DNA of 64,000 nucleotides from Dipteris shenzhenensis (Eukaryota): NCBI GenBank assembly GCA_047967505.1, contig CM106538.1; one strand, 5' to 3'. Shown piece by piece: positions 51,622 to 63,900 of this stretch (position 1 is its first letter; each line of letters starts with the position of its first letter). The notes under the pieces were generated by a model. It saw only the letters and a program-made list of their open reading frames with translations, ran no database searches and was not told where the DNA came from. The position numbers and the translations under genes were made by a program.

Positions 51622-54210
51622 TCCTTAGTTGGGTCTTTCAATACATCAGCAATCGTCCTTTCTTGACCCTGCAATAGAAACTCAGCATCTTTGTTGACAC
51701 GTTTTAAGTGTGTCATCCCATGATTAATGTATAGTGGGACGCTATATGTTTGTAGCAATGTTGTGGTTTCTTCTACTTGTCCATCTTCTATGGACTTTAG
51801 CCATCGATCAATCAATCTCCTTTTGGCTTTGAACAAATAGGGCGATGACACTTTCCTATCTATGGGGAGCCAACTCCTTTCATGACTGGCTCTATTGTCG
51901 AAAAAATGCCTTGTTCTTGTAAGAGTTCCTTACACTCCCAAACATTTACGTTGGACAATGGAAACCTCAGCTGAAATGATACCTCATCCATGCTAAAAGT
52001 ATCACGATATAAAAATCCTCCACATATATGCTTTAAGCAAATTTGAGTCCCTATTGAGTTTTGCAAACCCTCCCCCACGCCAGTTGATGTCTGAACATTA
52101 GTTTGCATGTGCATCCCTCCAATGCCACCAGGCCTGAAGTCAAAGCCTCCTTGCCCACCTACCTCTAACTGTTCTGAAGTGCTCCATGTGGCAGTCTGAG
52201 TTAGATTGACTGTGCTTTTTCCCACCTCATTTAGCATTGAATATCCAGGCTCTAGCACTGCGGCTCTTCCTTCCCTATCAGCTGATTGCAAAGACAGACC
52301 CACATCATTGTGGTACCACCCAAAATGAGCCCTGTCACCCCCAAGGCATGGGCTTGTGGCTATATCAAATCTAGTAGTGCACTTTATAGCGATTTTTCTG
52401 AACCCACTTGCAACCTAAAATTCAATCTCAAAGATGACCTCAATAGAGGCTCTCTCTAATGTATGTGGCTTACTCACAACATGATTACCAGTGTCACTTA
52501 AAGCTCCTCCTGGGCCAGGATACACTTTGACCCTCAAAGTAGTACTATCTTCATCTCCATCCCCATTACCACTCTTGCCTTTTCTCTCTACAGAAGAAAA
52601 CAAATTCATTAACCTCATTTTCACATTTTTTTCCTTAGATGTGTAGAGCCATCTCCAAACCTAGTGCATTGTAAAATATAGAATGCCAAATAATGCAACA
52701 GTGGTTGACTGACTTGCTGAGTTTCCAACGCAGGGTGCTCCACCAATATAGCAGCATTATTAACTCCCACTCCATACCGTTTACAAAAATATTCAACTTC
52801 TAATTCCTCTACCTGAATCTCACATGATTCGGAGCTCAAATGAATCTTTGCTATCACTTCCTTGCTGCTCAAGGCCCTTAGCCACATATCTTTCCAAGCA
52901 TGTGCACTGCTTCCAACAATCATAGTGTCCAAGTCTTCATTTAATATGACATGCCCATAATCCATACCTACTCCCACACAGCTTGCCATACCCTCTGCAC
53001 TGAGAAATACAACTTCTAGTTTTCCTGTAATACTGCAAAAATTTCTTGTAAAAATTATCTCCCCTGGTAGCTCAGCATAAAGCAATGCTCCAAAACTTCT
53101 TTCTGATACTTCTGTTATCAATTGTTGTTCAAAACAGTACCTACAATCATAAAAAAATAAGAAAATGGCACCTAAAAGCCCACTCAAATTTAGAATCGTG
53201 AACTGATACTTAAAAATATCATCTTCTTACTTTGAATTCATGCTCCTCCAATGAGAGTCACAGTCTGTTTTCTTACGTTGAAGATCTTTATCAGTCTACA
53301 AGATAAAAAGACTGAATTAAGAAGGTAACTTAAATGTATTCACAAATAAATCAATACTCTCCTATGTTTGTCCCCTCTCTCTCTCTCGCACACACACACA
53401 CAAGCACACTCATGTGTGACTAAGCACTCCTACTCTTAGGACAACATATTCAGACATGGTATCACAGCTTTAGCGTCATCATCCTAGATGCGGAATGGAG
53501 CAAAAACAGCATCAAACTGTGGCAATCACGCATGATTTTGACCACAAAATGCAACGGACTGCATCTAGGGACGACAGCCACGCTACTACAATTCTTTGAA
53601 CACTACGGACAATCTACATGAGCGTAATTTTCAAAGCAACAATAGTTTGAAATAGTGAGAGCAAAAGAAGAGGCAAAAGACAACAGTGTGAAGAAGAGGA
53701 GGAGAGGAACCGGTAAAGTAAAAGTTGAAGGAGAGAGACAATATGAAAATCCAAAATGACAGAAAACCTTGAAACTTGGATATGTATATGTGTTTGATAT
53801 GTGTATGTGTTTGACTGTAACTCTTCTCTTCTTCGTACCTGATTCGTCCCACCTCCAATAAGTGGTGATTTTGTAAGAGTTTCTTGCTTGTTAGCGTTCA
53901 GCTGTAAAACACAGAATCAGTTTGCTGCTTTTACGTTAACTCCGTACAATCAATGACGAAAATCATCCTTGATTGTACTTTTCGCTCACCTTAACTGCCA
54001 AGCCTCCAACAGGAATTGATTCGAAAGAGGTTTCACTGTTTCACAGCAGAAACTTTCGAAAATATTTGTTGTCAATCACTCACATCATCACAGCCCTAAA
54101 CACGAAGTCTAAAGAAATTTTCCCCCAAAAGTAAGAGGGGGAAACTTTCGAAAAATAGAATTCATGATTGTAGCCTTTGACCACTGTTGGCTTCCTTTCC
54201 CTAAGCTCAT
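51622..54210 (-). pseudogene. Unknown multi-exon gene, left copy (disrupted), C-terminal half with aerolysin-like features
   Basis: Small exons mirror the right copy. Large exon from 53140 reads through ORFs 52621-53187, 52415-52624, 51860-52303 and 51522-51851, linked by three frameshifts and one stop. Ends against the LINE at ~51621. Confidence 0.7.
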
Positions 54211-55746
54211 ATTTCCACTCTTCAATACTCGAAGCTTCTCCCGAGACCTCCCCTTTACCCTGAAAAAAACGATCTTTAATAGGCTCATGCGGGAGAGACT
54301 TCTCTCATCTGCTTGCTTTTACATACTTCCACGCATCTGCCTGCTTTTATATAATTCAATGACAAAAAGCTTCGAACCAGTCATGCTTTTCTCAAGACGA
54401 TGCATGGCAAAAAGCAATGGCGTGAAGAAAGCATTCAACTCACCTCGATCCTCGGTTTCTTAACAGGCGCTATGACCTTTTTCTAATATTTCTTCAAGTG
54501 GGATGGGTCTCCAAGTTGGTATGTTGCTGTGTTTGTGGCCATTTGCCACAATGTAGCAAGAATCAGCTGGCTGGTGCCACAATGCAGCAAGCAAGAACCA
54601 GTTCGCTGGTGCCACAATGGCACAATAATCAAGAGGTTTGAGAACAGAACACTACATAATCAAGTGGTTTGAAAACAGAATGCTACAGAATACTACAGCA
54701 AAGATCAAAGTCGAGCGTCGCAGTAACTCAACAATCGAAGATGCTTCTTTAGAGTTTGTTGGTCATTTGTTGTAATTTGGGCCCCTTTATACATGTTACA
54801 GTTTCAACCTTTCTCTTGGAAGAGCCCATGTAGCATCAAAGTTGGGAATGACCCCTCGGCAAAGCTTCCAATGTTGTCCACACTTGACTTGTTAGCAGTA
54901 CACGATTCTTCTTTCTTCAATATTGTCCACACTTCACTTGTTAGCAAAATAGAATTCTTCTTCTTCGAAATTCATGTGCTTCCAACTGATAATCATGGAC
55001 ACTTTTGTTGAACACAAGTATTTGAGCTGTCCATTCAAGCAGCATTAAGAAGGGGTCAAAATGACATGTTAGAATGATAGTGGTGAAGAGCAAGTCATAG
55101 CAATAGATGACACATTTAGGCAATCATAGATCCCTTGTTGTGGTAAGAAGAGGAACAACATTTTAAAGAGGCCCTTGCACATGATGAGGAATGAGGTCCA
55201 TTCCTTCATCAAAAGATGCTTCATATCCCAATGTGGAAGGCTTTTACAACAAGAAGTTTCATGTCAATCAAATTTCAATAAAATCTACTTGTAAACGCCT
55301 TCCACATGTTGGATATGAAGCATCTTTTGATGAAGGAATGGACCCCATTCCTCATCATGTGCAATAGCCTTTCAAAATGTTGTTCCTCTTCTTACCACAA
55401 CAAGGGTTCTATGATTGCCTAAATGTGTCATCAATTGCTATGACTTGCTCTTCACCACTATCATTCCAACATGTCATTTTCACTCCTTCTTATTGCTGCT
55501 TGAATGGACACCTCAAATACTCGTGTTCTACAAAAGTGTCCATGATTATCAGTTGGAAGCACATGAATTTTGAAGAAGAAGAATCCTATTTTGCTAACAA
55601 ATCAAGTGTGGACTTTATTGGAGAAAGAAGAATTGTGTACTGCTAACAAGTCAAGTGTGGACAACATTAGAAGCTTTGCCGAGGGGTCATTCCCAACTTT
55701 GATGCTACATGGGCTCTTCCAAGAGAAAGGTTGAAACTGTAACACG

Positions 55747-55753
55747 TATAAAG
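55747..55753 (+). promoter_or_regulatory. Candidate TATA box of the duplicated gene (mirror copy at 54785-54791 on the minus strand)
   Basis: TATAAAG about 350 bp upstream of the first strong donor (cgag|gtgagt, 56094). Motif and position only. Confidence 0.4.
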
Positions 55754-56328
55754 GGGCCCAAATTACAACAAACGACCAACAAACTCTAAAGAAGCATCTT
55801 CGATTGTTGAGCTCCTGCGACGTTCGACTTTGATCTTTGCTGTAGTATTCTGTAGCATTCTGTTTTCAAACCACTTGATTATGTAGCATTCTGTTCTCAA
55901 ACCTCTTGATTATTGCGCCATTGTGGCACCAACGAACTGGTTCATGCTTGCTGCATTGTGACACCAGCCAGCTGATTCTTGCTACATTGTGGCAAATGGC
56001 CACAAACACAGCAACATACCAACTTGGAGACCCATCCCACTTGAAGAAATATTGGAAAAAGGTCATAGCGCCTGTTAAGAAACCGAGAATCGAGGTGAGT
56101 TGAATGCTTTCTTCACGCCATTGCTTTTTGCCATGCATCGTCTTGAGAAAAGCATGACTGGTTCGAAGCTTTTCGTCATTGAATTATGTAAAAGCAGGCA
56201 AATGCGTGGAAGTATGTAAAAGCAAGCAGATGAGAGAAGTCTCTCCCGCATGAGCCTATTAAAGATCGTTTTTTTTCAGGGTAAAGGGGAGGTCTCGGGA
56301 GAAGCTTCGAGTATTGAAGAGTGGAAAT

Positions 56329-57131
56329 ATGAGCTTAGGGAAAGGAAGCCAACAGTGGTCAAAGGCTACGATCATGAATTCTATTTTTCAAAAGTTTCCC
56401 CCTCCTACTTTTAGGAGAAAATTTCTTTAAACTTCGTGTTTAAGGCTGTGATGATGTGCGAATATTTTCGAAAGTTTCTGCTGTGAAACAGTGAAACCTC
56501 TTTCGAATCAATTCCTGTTGGAGGCTTGGCAATTAAGGTGAGCGAAAAGTACAATCAAGGATGATTTTCATCATTGATTGTACGGAGTTACGTAAAAGTA
56601 GCAAACTGATTCTGTGTTTTACAGCTGAACGCTAACAAGCAAGAAACTCTTACGAAATCACCACTTATTGGAGGTGGGACGAATCAGGTACGAAGAAGAG
56701 AAGAGTTACAGTCAAACACATACACATATCAAACACATACACATATCCAAGTTTCAAGGTTCTCTGTCATTTTTCATATCGTCTCTCTACTTCAACTTTC
56801 ACTTTACCGGTTCCTCTCCTCTTCTTCACACCGTTGTCTTTTGCCTCTCTTCTTTTGCTCTCACTATTTCAAACTATTGTTGCTTTGAAAATTACGCTCA
56901 TGTAGATTGTCCGTAGTGTTGAAAGAATTGCAGTAGCGTTGGCTGTCGTCCCTAGATGCAGTCCGTTGCATTTTGTGGTCAAAATCATGCGTGATTGCCA
57001 CAGTTTGATGCTGTTTTTGCTCCATTCTGCATCTAGGATGATGACGCTAAAGTTGTGATACCATGTCTGAATATGTTGTGCTAAGAGTAGGAGTGCTTAG
57101 TCACACATGAGTGTGCTTGTGTGTGTGTGTG

Positions 57132-57166
<35 letters not shown>

Positions 57167-57940
57167 AAACATAGGAGAGTATTGATTTATTTGTGAATAC
57201 ATTTAAGTTACCTTCTTAATTCAGTCTTTTTATCTTGTAGACTAATAAAGATCTTCAACGTAAGAAAACAGACTGTGACTCTCATTGGAGGAGCATGAAT
57301 TCAAAGTAAGAAAATGATATTTTTAAGTATCAGTTCACGATTCTAAATTTGAGTGGGCTTTTAGGTGCCATTTTCTTATTTTTTTTATGATTGTAGGTAC
57401 TGTTTTGAACAACAATTGATAACAGAAGTATCAGAAAGAAGTTTTGGAGCATTGCTTCATGCTGAGCTACCAGGGGAGATAATTTTTACAAGAAATTTTT
57501 GCAGTATTACAGGAAAACTAGAAGTTGTATTTCTCAGTGCAGAGGGTATGGCAAGCTGTGTGGGAGTAGGTATGGATTATGGGCATGTCATATTAAATGA
57601 AGACTTGGACACTATGATTGTTGGAAGCAGTGCACATGCTTGGAAAGATATGTGGCTAAGGGCCTTGAGCAGCAAGGAAGTGATAGCAAAGATTCATTTG
57701 AGCTCCGAATCAGGTGAAAACCAGGTAGAGGAATTAGAAGTTGAATATTTTTGTAAAAGGTATGGAGTGGGAGTTAATAATGCTGCTATATTGGTGGAGC
57801 ACCCTGCGTTGGAAACTCAGCAAGTCAGTCAACCACTGTTGCATTATTTGGCATTCTATATTTTACAATGCACTAGGTTTGGAGATGGCTCTACACATCT
57901 AAGGAAAAAAATGTGAAAATGAGGTTAATGAATTTGTTTT
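56329..57940 (+). pseudogene. Unknown multi-exon gene, right copy (5' half, cut by gypsy-D LTR)
   Basis: GT-AG exons 56280-56393, 56492-56537, 56625-56687, 57241-57305 and 57397- join in phase: MSLGKGSQQW..N ETSFESIPVGGLAIK LNANKQE..TNQ TNKDLQ..NSK YCFEQQLITEV... The start ATG at 56329 is inferred and the 56393 donor is weak. Confidence 0.7.
57117..57163. repeat. Compound (TG)n(AG)n microsatellite; shorter mirror at 53374-53402
   Basis: Directly visible; repeat counts differ between the palindrome arms. Confidence 0.9.
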
Positions 57941-60900
57941 TAAAACCGACTCGCTCATAAAAGACAGCAATTACAGCTCATAAAAGACAGTAATTATACT
58001 TTCATAAGCTCTCCCTCACTCCCTCTCTCTGTAGATGCACTAGGGCCCAGCACAAAACGTCGGGCTGGACCCCCCCGAAGGTTTTTATTCATGAGAGAGA
58101 ATCTGTTACAAAAGTTCAACGTAGAGCTGTCTGGTAACCTCTTTTTTAAAACGTGAAAAATCTCCTTTATTACAAGAGCTTCAAGCTCATTTCAAATTGG
58201 CAACATACCACTTGTCTAAAATCTAGACTAAGTCCTATTACATGCCACTAAGGGCCATTCTGGAGTCTTCAAAGCACTTGGTCACACGAACCGCCTCCTA
58301 GATGCTTGTCAGGCTCCCGTAGCGCTTAGGAAAAATAATTCTTCCTAGTACCTGCAACAATTAATTAAAGCGCACCACCATGGCACCCATTAATTGTTAG
58401 CGCTTTGCATGCAAATAACACACTGTGGACTAATTCTAGTCACGGTGGGCGTCCCCACTGAACACATGTGCACATCTAACAAATATAAAAAATATATATA
58501 TTTATTCTCTGGTTGACCGGAGTCAACAGTCTTGATTATAATTGAGGAGCTTTGACCAAAGGTCGAGGCGCCTTAATTATAGCCAAGTCTCTCCAACCGA
58601 AGTTGGCACAACTCTCCAACCGAAGTTGGCACATCTTGGTTAACCGGAGTTAACCCTCTTGACGTATGCCAAGTCTTGTTGACCAAAGTCAACACTCTCT
58701 GACCGTAGTCAGTTCTGTGGTTCTCTGGTTAACCGCAGTTAACCCTCTTGGTAATAGAGCTGTCTGGTAACCTCTTTTTTAAAACGTGAAAAATCTCCTT
58801 TATTACAAGAGCTTCAAGCTCATTTCAGATTGGCAACATGCCACTTGTCTAAAATCTAGACTAAGTCCTATTACATGCCACTAAGGGCCATTCTGGAGTC
58901 TTCAAAGCACTTGGTCACACGAACCGCCTCCTAGATGCTTGTCAGGCGCTTGTCAGGCTCCCGTAGCGCTTAGGAAAAATAATTCTTCCTAGTACCTGCA
59001 ACAATTAATTAAAGCGCACCACCATGGCACCCATTAATTGTTAGTGCTTTGCATGCAAATAACACACTGTGGACTAATTCTAGTCACGGTGGGCGTCCCC
59101 ACTGAACACATGTGCACATCTAACAAATATAAAAAATATATATATTTATTCTCTGGTTGTTGACCGGAGTCAACACTCTTGATTATAATTGAGGAGCTTT
59201 GACCAAAGGTCAAGGCGCCTTAATTATAGCCAAGTCTCTCCAACCGAAGTTGGCACATCTTGGTTAACCAGAGTTAACCCTCTTGGCGTATGCCAAGTCT
59301 TGTTGACCGAAGTCAACACTCTCTGACCGTAGTCAGTTCTGTGGTTCTCTCGTTAACCGCACTTAACCCTCTTGGTAATAAACCAAGTCTCCTTGAAAGT
59401 CAGGTTTACTTGACTAGAGTGAAGTATCTTTGACGTAGTCAATCCTTTGACCATTAAAATAACTCTTTGACCATAATTAACACATATAAAACTCTTTAAT
59501 TATGATCAAATAAATGGTCAACTGTACTTTGACTTAGGATATTTACATTGTGGTGACATCCCCTCGGCTTCTATTCAGTTGACCTCAACTGAAAAGCTTC
59601 CTTGTAAACATCCAAAAGCCACATGTGGATGGTCGGATAACATGTCTTCGTCCATCCACTTGGCATCTAATGCCGTATAATTCTTGAATTTTACAAGATA
59701 CCTGTAAAACTCCTTACCCTGAGGGCTTGTACGTACAGTATGGTACACAATTTGCTCTGGCTGAAGGACTTCCTCTAGCTCATCCACTTCTGGTGGATCC
59801 TCTGATACTGGTTCTGTAGGCTCTGGTCCTTGGAATTTCTTTAGAAGACTCACATGGAATGCATTGTGAATCCTCCAATGCTCTGGCAATGCTAATCTGT
59901 ATGCAACCTCATTTATTCTTTCTGTAACCCTGAAAGGGCCATAGTATCTAGGAGATAACTTTGCATACACTTTTTGTTTGCCTTTAAACTTGCGAAGCCT
60001 AGCTTTTTCAAACTTCAAAAGTACCCAATCACCTTCCTTGAGATTTAACTGTCTTCTATGCTTATCTGCAGCTCTTTTATGTTTTTCTTGAGACCTTTCA
60101 ATTGCTGTCCGGACTTGGCTGTAAGCTGTCTGGAGGTCTCTCACAAACTGATCAGCTGCAAATATTTCATCTTTGGTCCTCAATATAGGTGGCAAAATCA
60201 CCTTCCCATATATGACCTCAAAAGGGGCTTTCCCGGCAGAGGTATGTACTGTATTATTCTAAGCAAACTCTACTAACGGTAGGTACTTTTCCCAGTCTGA
60301 ACTTTGGTCACCCACGTAGCATTTCAGCATATCCAAACTGTAGAATTTGCTACTTCACTTTGACCATCTGTCTGGGGATGGAAAGAAGAAGAAAAATTCA
60401 GATTCGTCCCCATGTTATCAAAGAAAGCTCTCCAGAATAGACTGGTCATTCTGGGATCTGGATCACTAACAATGGACTTAGGCATACCATGATGTTTAAA
60501 AATTTGTGCTATGAAAAGCTTAGCCATATAATCTACCTTTATGGTTTTGCGAACCGGAATGAAATGAGCTTGCTTGCTGAATCTATCAATGATAGTCCAA
60601 ATTCCATCATTCCCTGACTTTGATCTTGGCAAATCAAAAATAAAGTCCATTGTAATACTTTCCCATGGTGCCTGAGGCACGGGAAGAGGCATAAGTAGGC
60701 CAGGTGCCTTCCGTCTATCATACTTCACTACCTGACACGTAAGGCATTCAGTAACAAACTGATGTATATCTTTCCGCATCCCTAGCCAAAAGAAATACCT
60801 CTCTAGTGCTAGAGTTGTTACTGTAATTCCTCTATGTCCAGCATAGGGAGGTGCATGGCATTCCTCCAAAATCTTTTTCCTCATCTCCTGGGTGATGCAT

Positions 60901-63900
60901 AGGCAATCATCTTTCATTAGATACCCATCTTTCAGGGAATAGTGACTCGTGGATTGCCCCTCTTGCATTTGCTGTAAAATTTCACCAAAATCTGAATCAC
61001 GAGCATATTGCTCCCTCATGCCTTCCAGGTCCTAGTGATAAGCAATAGTCACGTTATTGACCTGGGGTCTTCGGGACAAGGCATCTGCCACTCTGTTCCG
61101 AATTCCTGGGGTATGGGCAATCTGAAAATGATACATTGATAGCATGTTTGCCCATTTCATATGCTTCTCGGAAAGCTTGGTCTGAGTCAAAAAGTATCTC
61201 AGACTTTGGTGATCTGTCTTAACAGTGAAATCTGCACCCAAAAGATAGTGCTTCCATGTATGGATGGCATGAATTACAGCCAATAACTCTTTCTCATAGA
61301 TTCCTAGATATCTTTCTGCATCCCGAAGTCTCCTGCTTTCATAGGCCACTGCATGACCATTCTGATGCAATGCAGCCCCAACACATTCTCCACAAGCATC
61401 GCAATCAACATCAAAAGATTGATAAAGATCCGGGACTACAAGAATAGGCTCTGTAGTCAACTTCTCCTTGAGTGTATTGAATGCTTTCTTCTGTGATATT
61501 CCCCATGTGAAGGCTGCATTTTTCTTAGTAAGGTCATGTAATGGAGCTGCGATATCAGTAAAATGTCTGATAAACCTTCTGTAGTAAGAACACAGGCCTA
61601 GGAAACTTCAAACTTCATGCACAGTTTTCAGCTCTGGCCATTCCTGAATGGCGCGGATCTTCGCTGGATCCATTTGTATCCCATTCTTGGATATTATATG
61701 CCCCAGATAGTGGATTTCTTCCAAGAAGAATTCACTTTTCTTGCTGTTTGCGTAGAGCTGATGATTTCTCAGCTCTTGAAACACTATAGCAAGATGTTCT
61801 CTGTGCTCTTCTTCTATCTTAGAAAAGACTAAGATATCATCAAAGAAAGTACCCGTAAAATGCATGTACTTTCGGAAGATGCAATCCATCATTCTATTGA
61901 ATGTGGCTGGAGCATTTGTCAACCCAAAAGGCATCACTAAGTATTCATACAACCTGAATGTAGTGCGGAATGCTGTCTTGTGCACATCCTGAGGCTGTAT
62001 CCTCACTTGGTGATAGCCACTCTTTAAGTCTATCCTGCTGAAAACTGAAGCTCCATTTAACTGATCCAGGACATCATCAATGCACGGAATAGGGAATCTA
62101 TTCTTGATGGTCATTTTGTTCAGTGCACGATAATCGACGCACATACGGAATGAACCATCTTTCTTCTGTACTAACAGTACAGGGGAACAAAAAGGAGACG
62201 AGCTGGGCTGAATCAACCCTTTAGACAGCAAGTCCTGTACCTGAGCCATAATCTCCTCTCTCTGAGTCGCACTGACTCTATAAGGTGGTCTGTTTGGTGG
62301 CTCACTACTAGGCATTAACTCTATCTGATGATCTTCTGGTCTCTCTGGGGGTAACTCCCCTGGCAAAGTATCAGAAAAGCAATCTTTAAAGTTTATAAGA
62401 AACTGAAACTTATCTTTGTCTGCATCATTCATTTCAGCATGCATATCATTCTCTTTTTCTTTTACAAAAACCATGTACGCAGAAATTGCAGACTTTATTG
62501 CTTTACCACATGTAACATCAGATACAATGGGGATAGTCTCCCCTTTATTCCTGGCAATTGAACGCTGATTTTTCCCCCTATGCACAAACTCCAGTACTCT
62601 TTCAGGAAGAGTCAACTTCACTGCCTTGCGATGAAACCAAGGCATTCCCAAGACTACATCATGATGTTTCAGTGGAGAAATGAAGAAGTCTTCCTGATCC
62701 ACATAACTCTGAACATGAAGACGGAGCTTCCCTATCAAGGGAGTAACTGGCACAGGATTCCCACAGAACATCTGATCGGCATCCAAAGCCCTGCCTAACT
62801 CCTCTGTCTTTATTCCCAGCCTCAGGGCTAGATCCTCTGATATAAAATTATCAGTAGCCCCTGGATCAAATAAAATTAGCGCTTGCTGGTCTCTAACTTT
62901 GCCCCATGATAGCAGTAATTCTCGTTCTTTTGGGTTTGAAGCATGACCCAGTATGTCAGGAATTCCCCCCGCCATTGGCTTTTGCGGTCCTCGTGGCTTC
63001 TCTGCCTCTTTTCCCTTCGAAGTTGAAGACTTTTCTGGGCACTGGGCAGCCACATGCCCCTCTTTGCCGTACCTGAAGCATTTCCCATCTCTACGGAATT
63101 CCGCTATCTGTTCAGGGGTGAATAGAGATTTGCCCTTATAAGTCTTTGAAAACTGAGTACCCCTCGGCTTTTGAGGCTGAAACCCTTTCTTTTCAGCCTT
63201 GGGGTGCTCTTTCTTTTTTGATTTTGAAAAATCAGTTTTCTTTTTATCAGCACGTCCTGCATGCAAAGACAGCACTGTAGATGGATCTTGTAACGGCACA
63301 AGGCTAGCTACTGAAGCTGAATGCATAAGGTCTTGAATGTTCTTTGCCCCCAAAGCATTCACTACTGCCTGAATTTTTGGAGTGAGACCTGCTCTGTACT
63401 TTCTCATTTGGGTGTCTTTGGAGATCTTTTTGAAAGGTGCAACCTGCAAATAAGCATCCCAAAACTTTTGGTTGTACACATCCACTGTATCTCCTACATC
63501 CATATGCAAGCTGTCCCAATCTTGAAGAACATGGTCTCTAAACTGTTTAGGCATAAACTGCTGGTAGAAGGCTTTCTTAAAGTCCTTCCACTTCCTTGGG
63601 GCTGACCCATCTGTGGTCTGTGCACTCCACCATGCACTAGCTGTGGCTGTCAAGTGCAAACTGACCATTCTTAACTTGGAGGATTCTGAAAATTTTTCTG
63701 TACCGAATGCAGCATCAAACTGCCTGATGAACTGCAATGCTTTGTCTGTATGACCATACTATCCATTGTAGGTCATAAACTTGACAGATTTTCCTCCCTC
63801 TTTAAATTCCTTGGTCTCTTTGGAAGACTTTGTCTTCCTAGACTTCTTGTGTTTTCTTCTTTTCCTGGATGGTTTATCTGATAAGGAAGAAGAAGATACA

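Larger units (their letters stand above)
52597..57940. repeat. Giant inverted repeat: arms 52597-55249 and 55289-57940, 39-nt spacer
   Basis: Continuous reverse-complement match checked at both ends, the centre and many interior points. Duplicated ORFs 52621-53187(-) / 57365-57916(+) and 53631-53858(-) / 56668-56916(+). Confidence 0.97.

Noticed and set aside
53631-53858. 75-aa hydrophobic ORF (and mirror 56668-56916) as a small membrane protein
   Set aside because: It starts at a non-ATG codon, out of frame with the predicted exon, and runs into pyrimidine-rich intron sequence. The two copies diverge by indels.
52597-57940. Fold-back read or assembly artefact, or a Foldback/MULE transposon
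   Set aside because: The arms carry many independent differences, including CpG transitions and indels. They consist of spliced gene sequence, with the left arm continuing seamlessly into the rest of the gene, so they do not look like TE termini. Read-level confirmation is still advisable.
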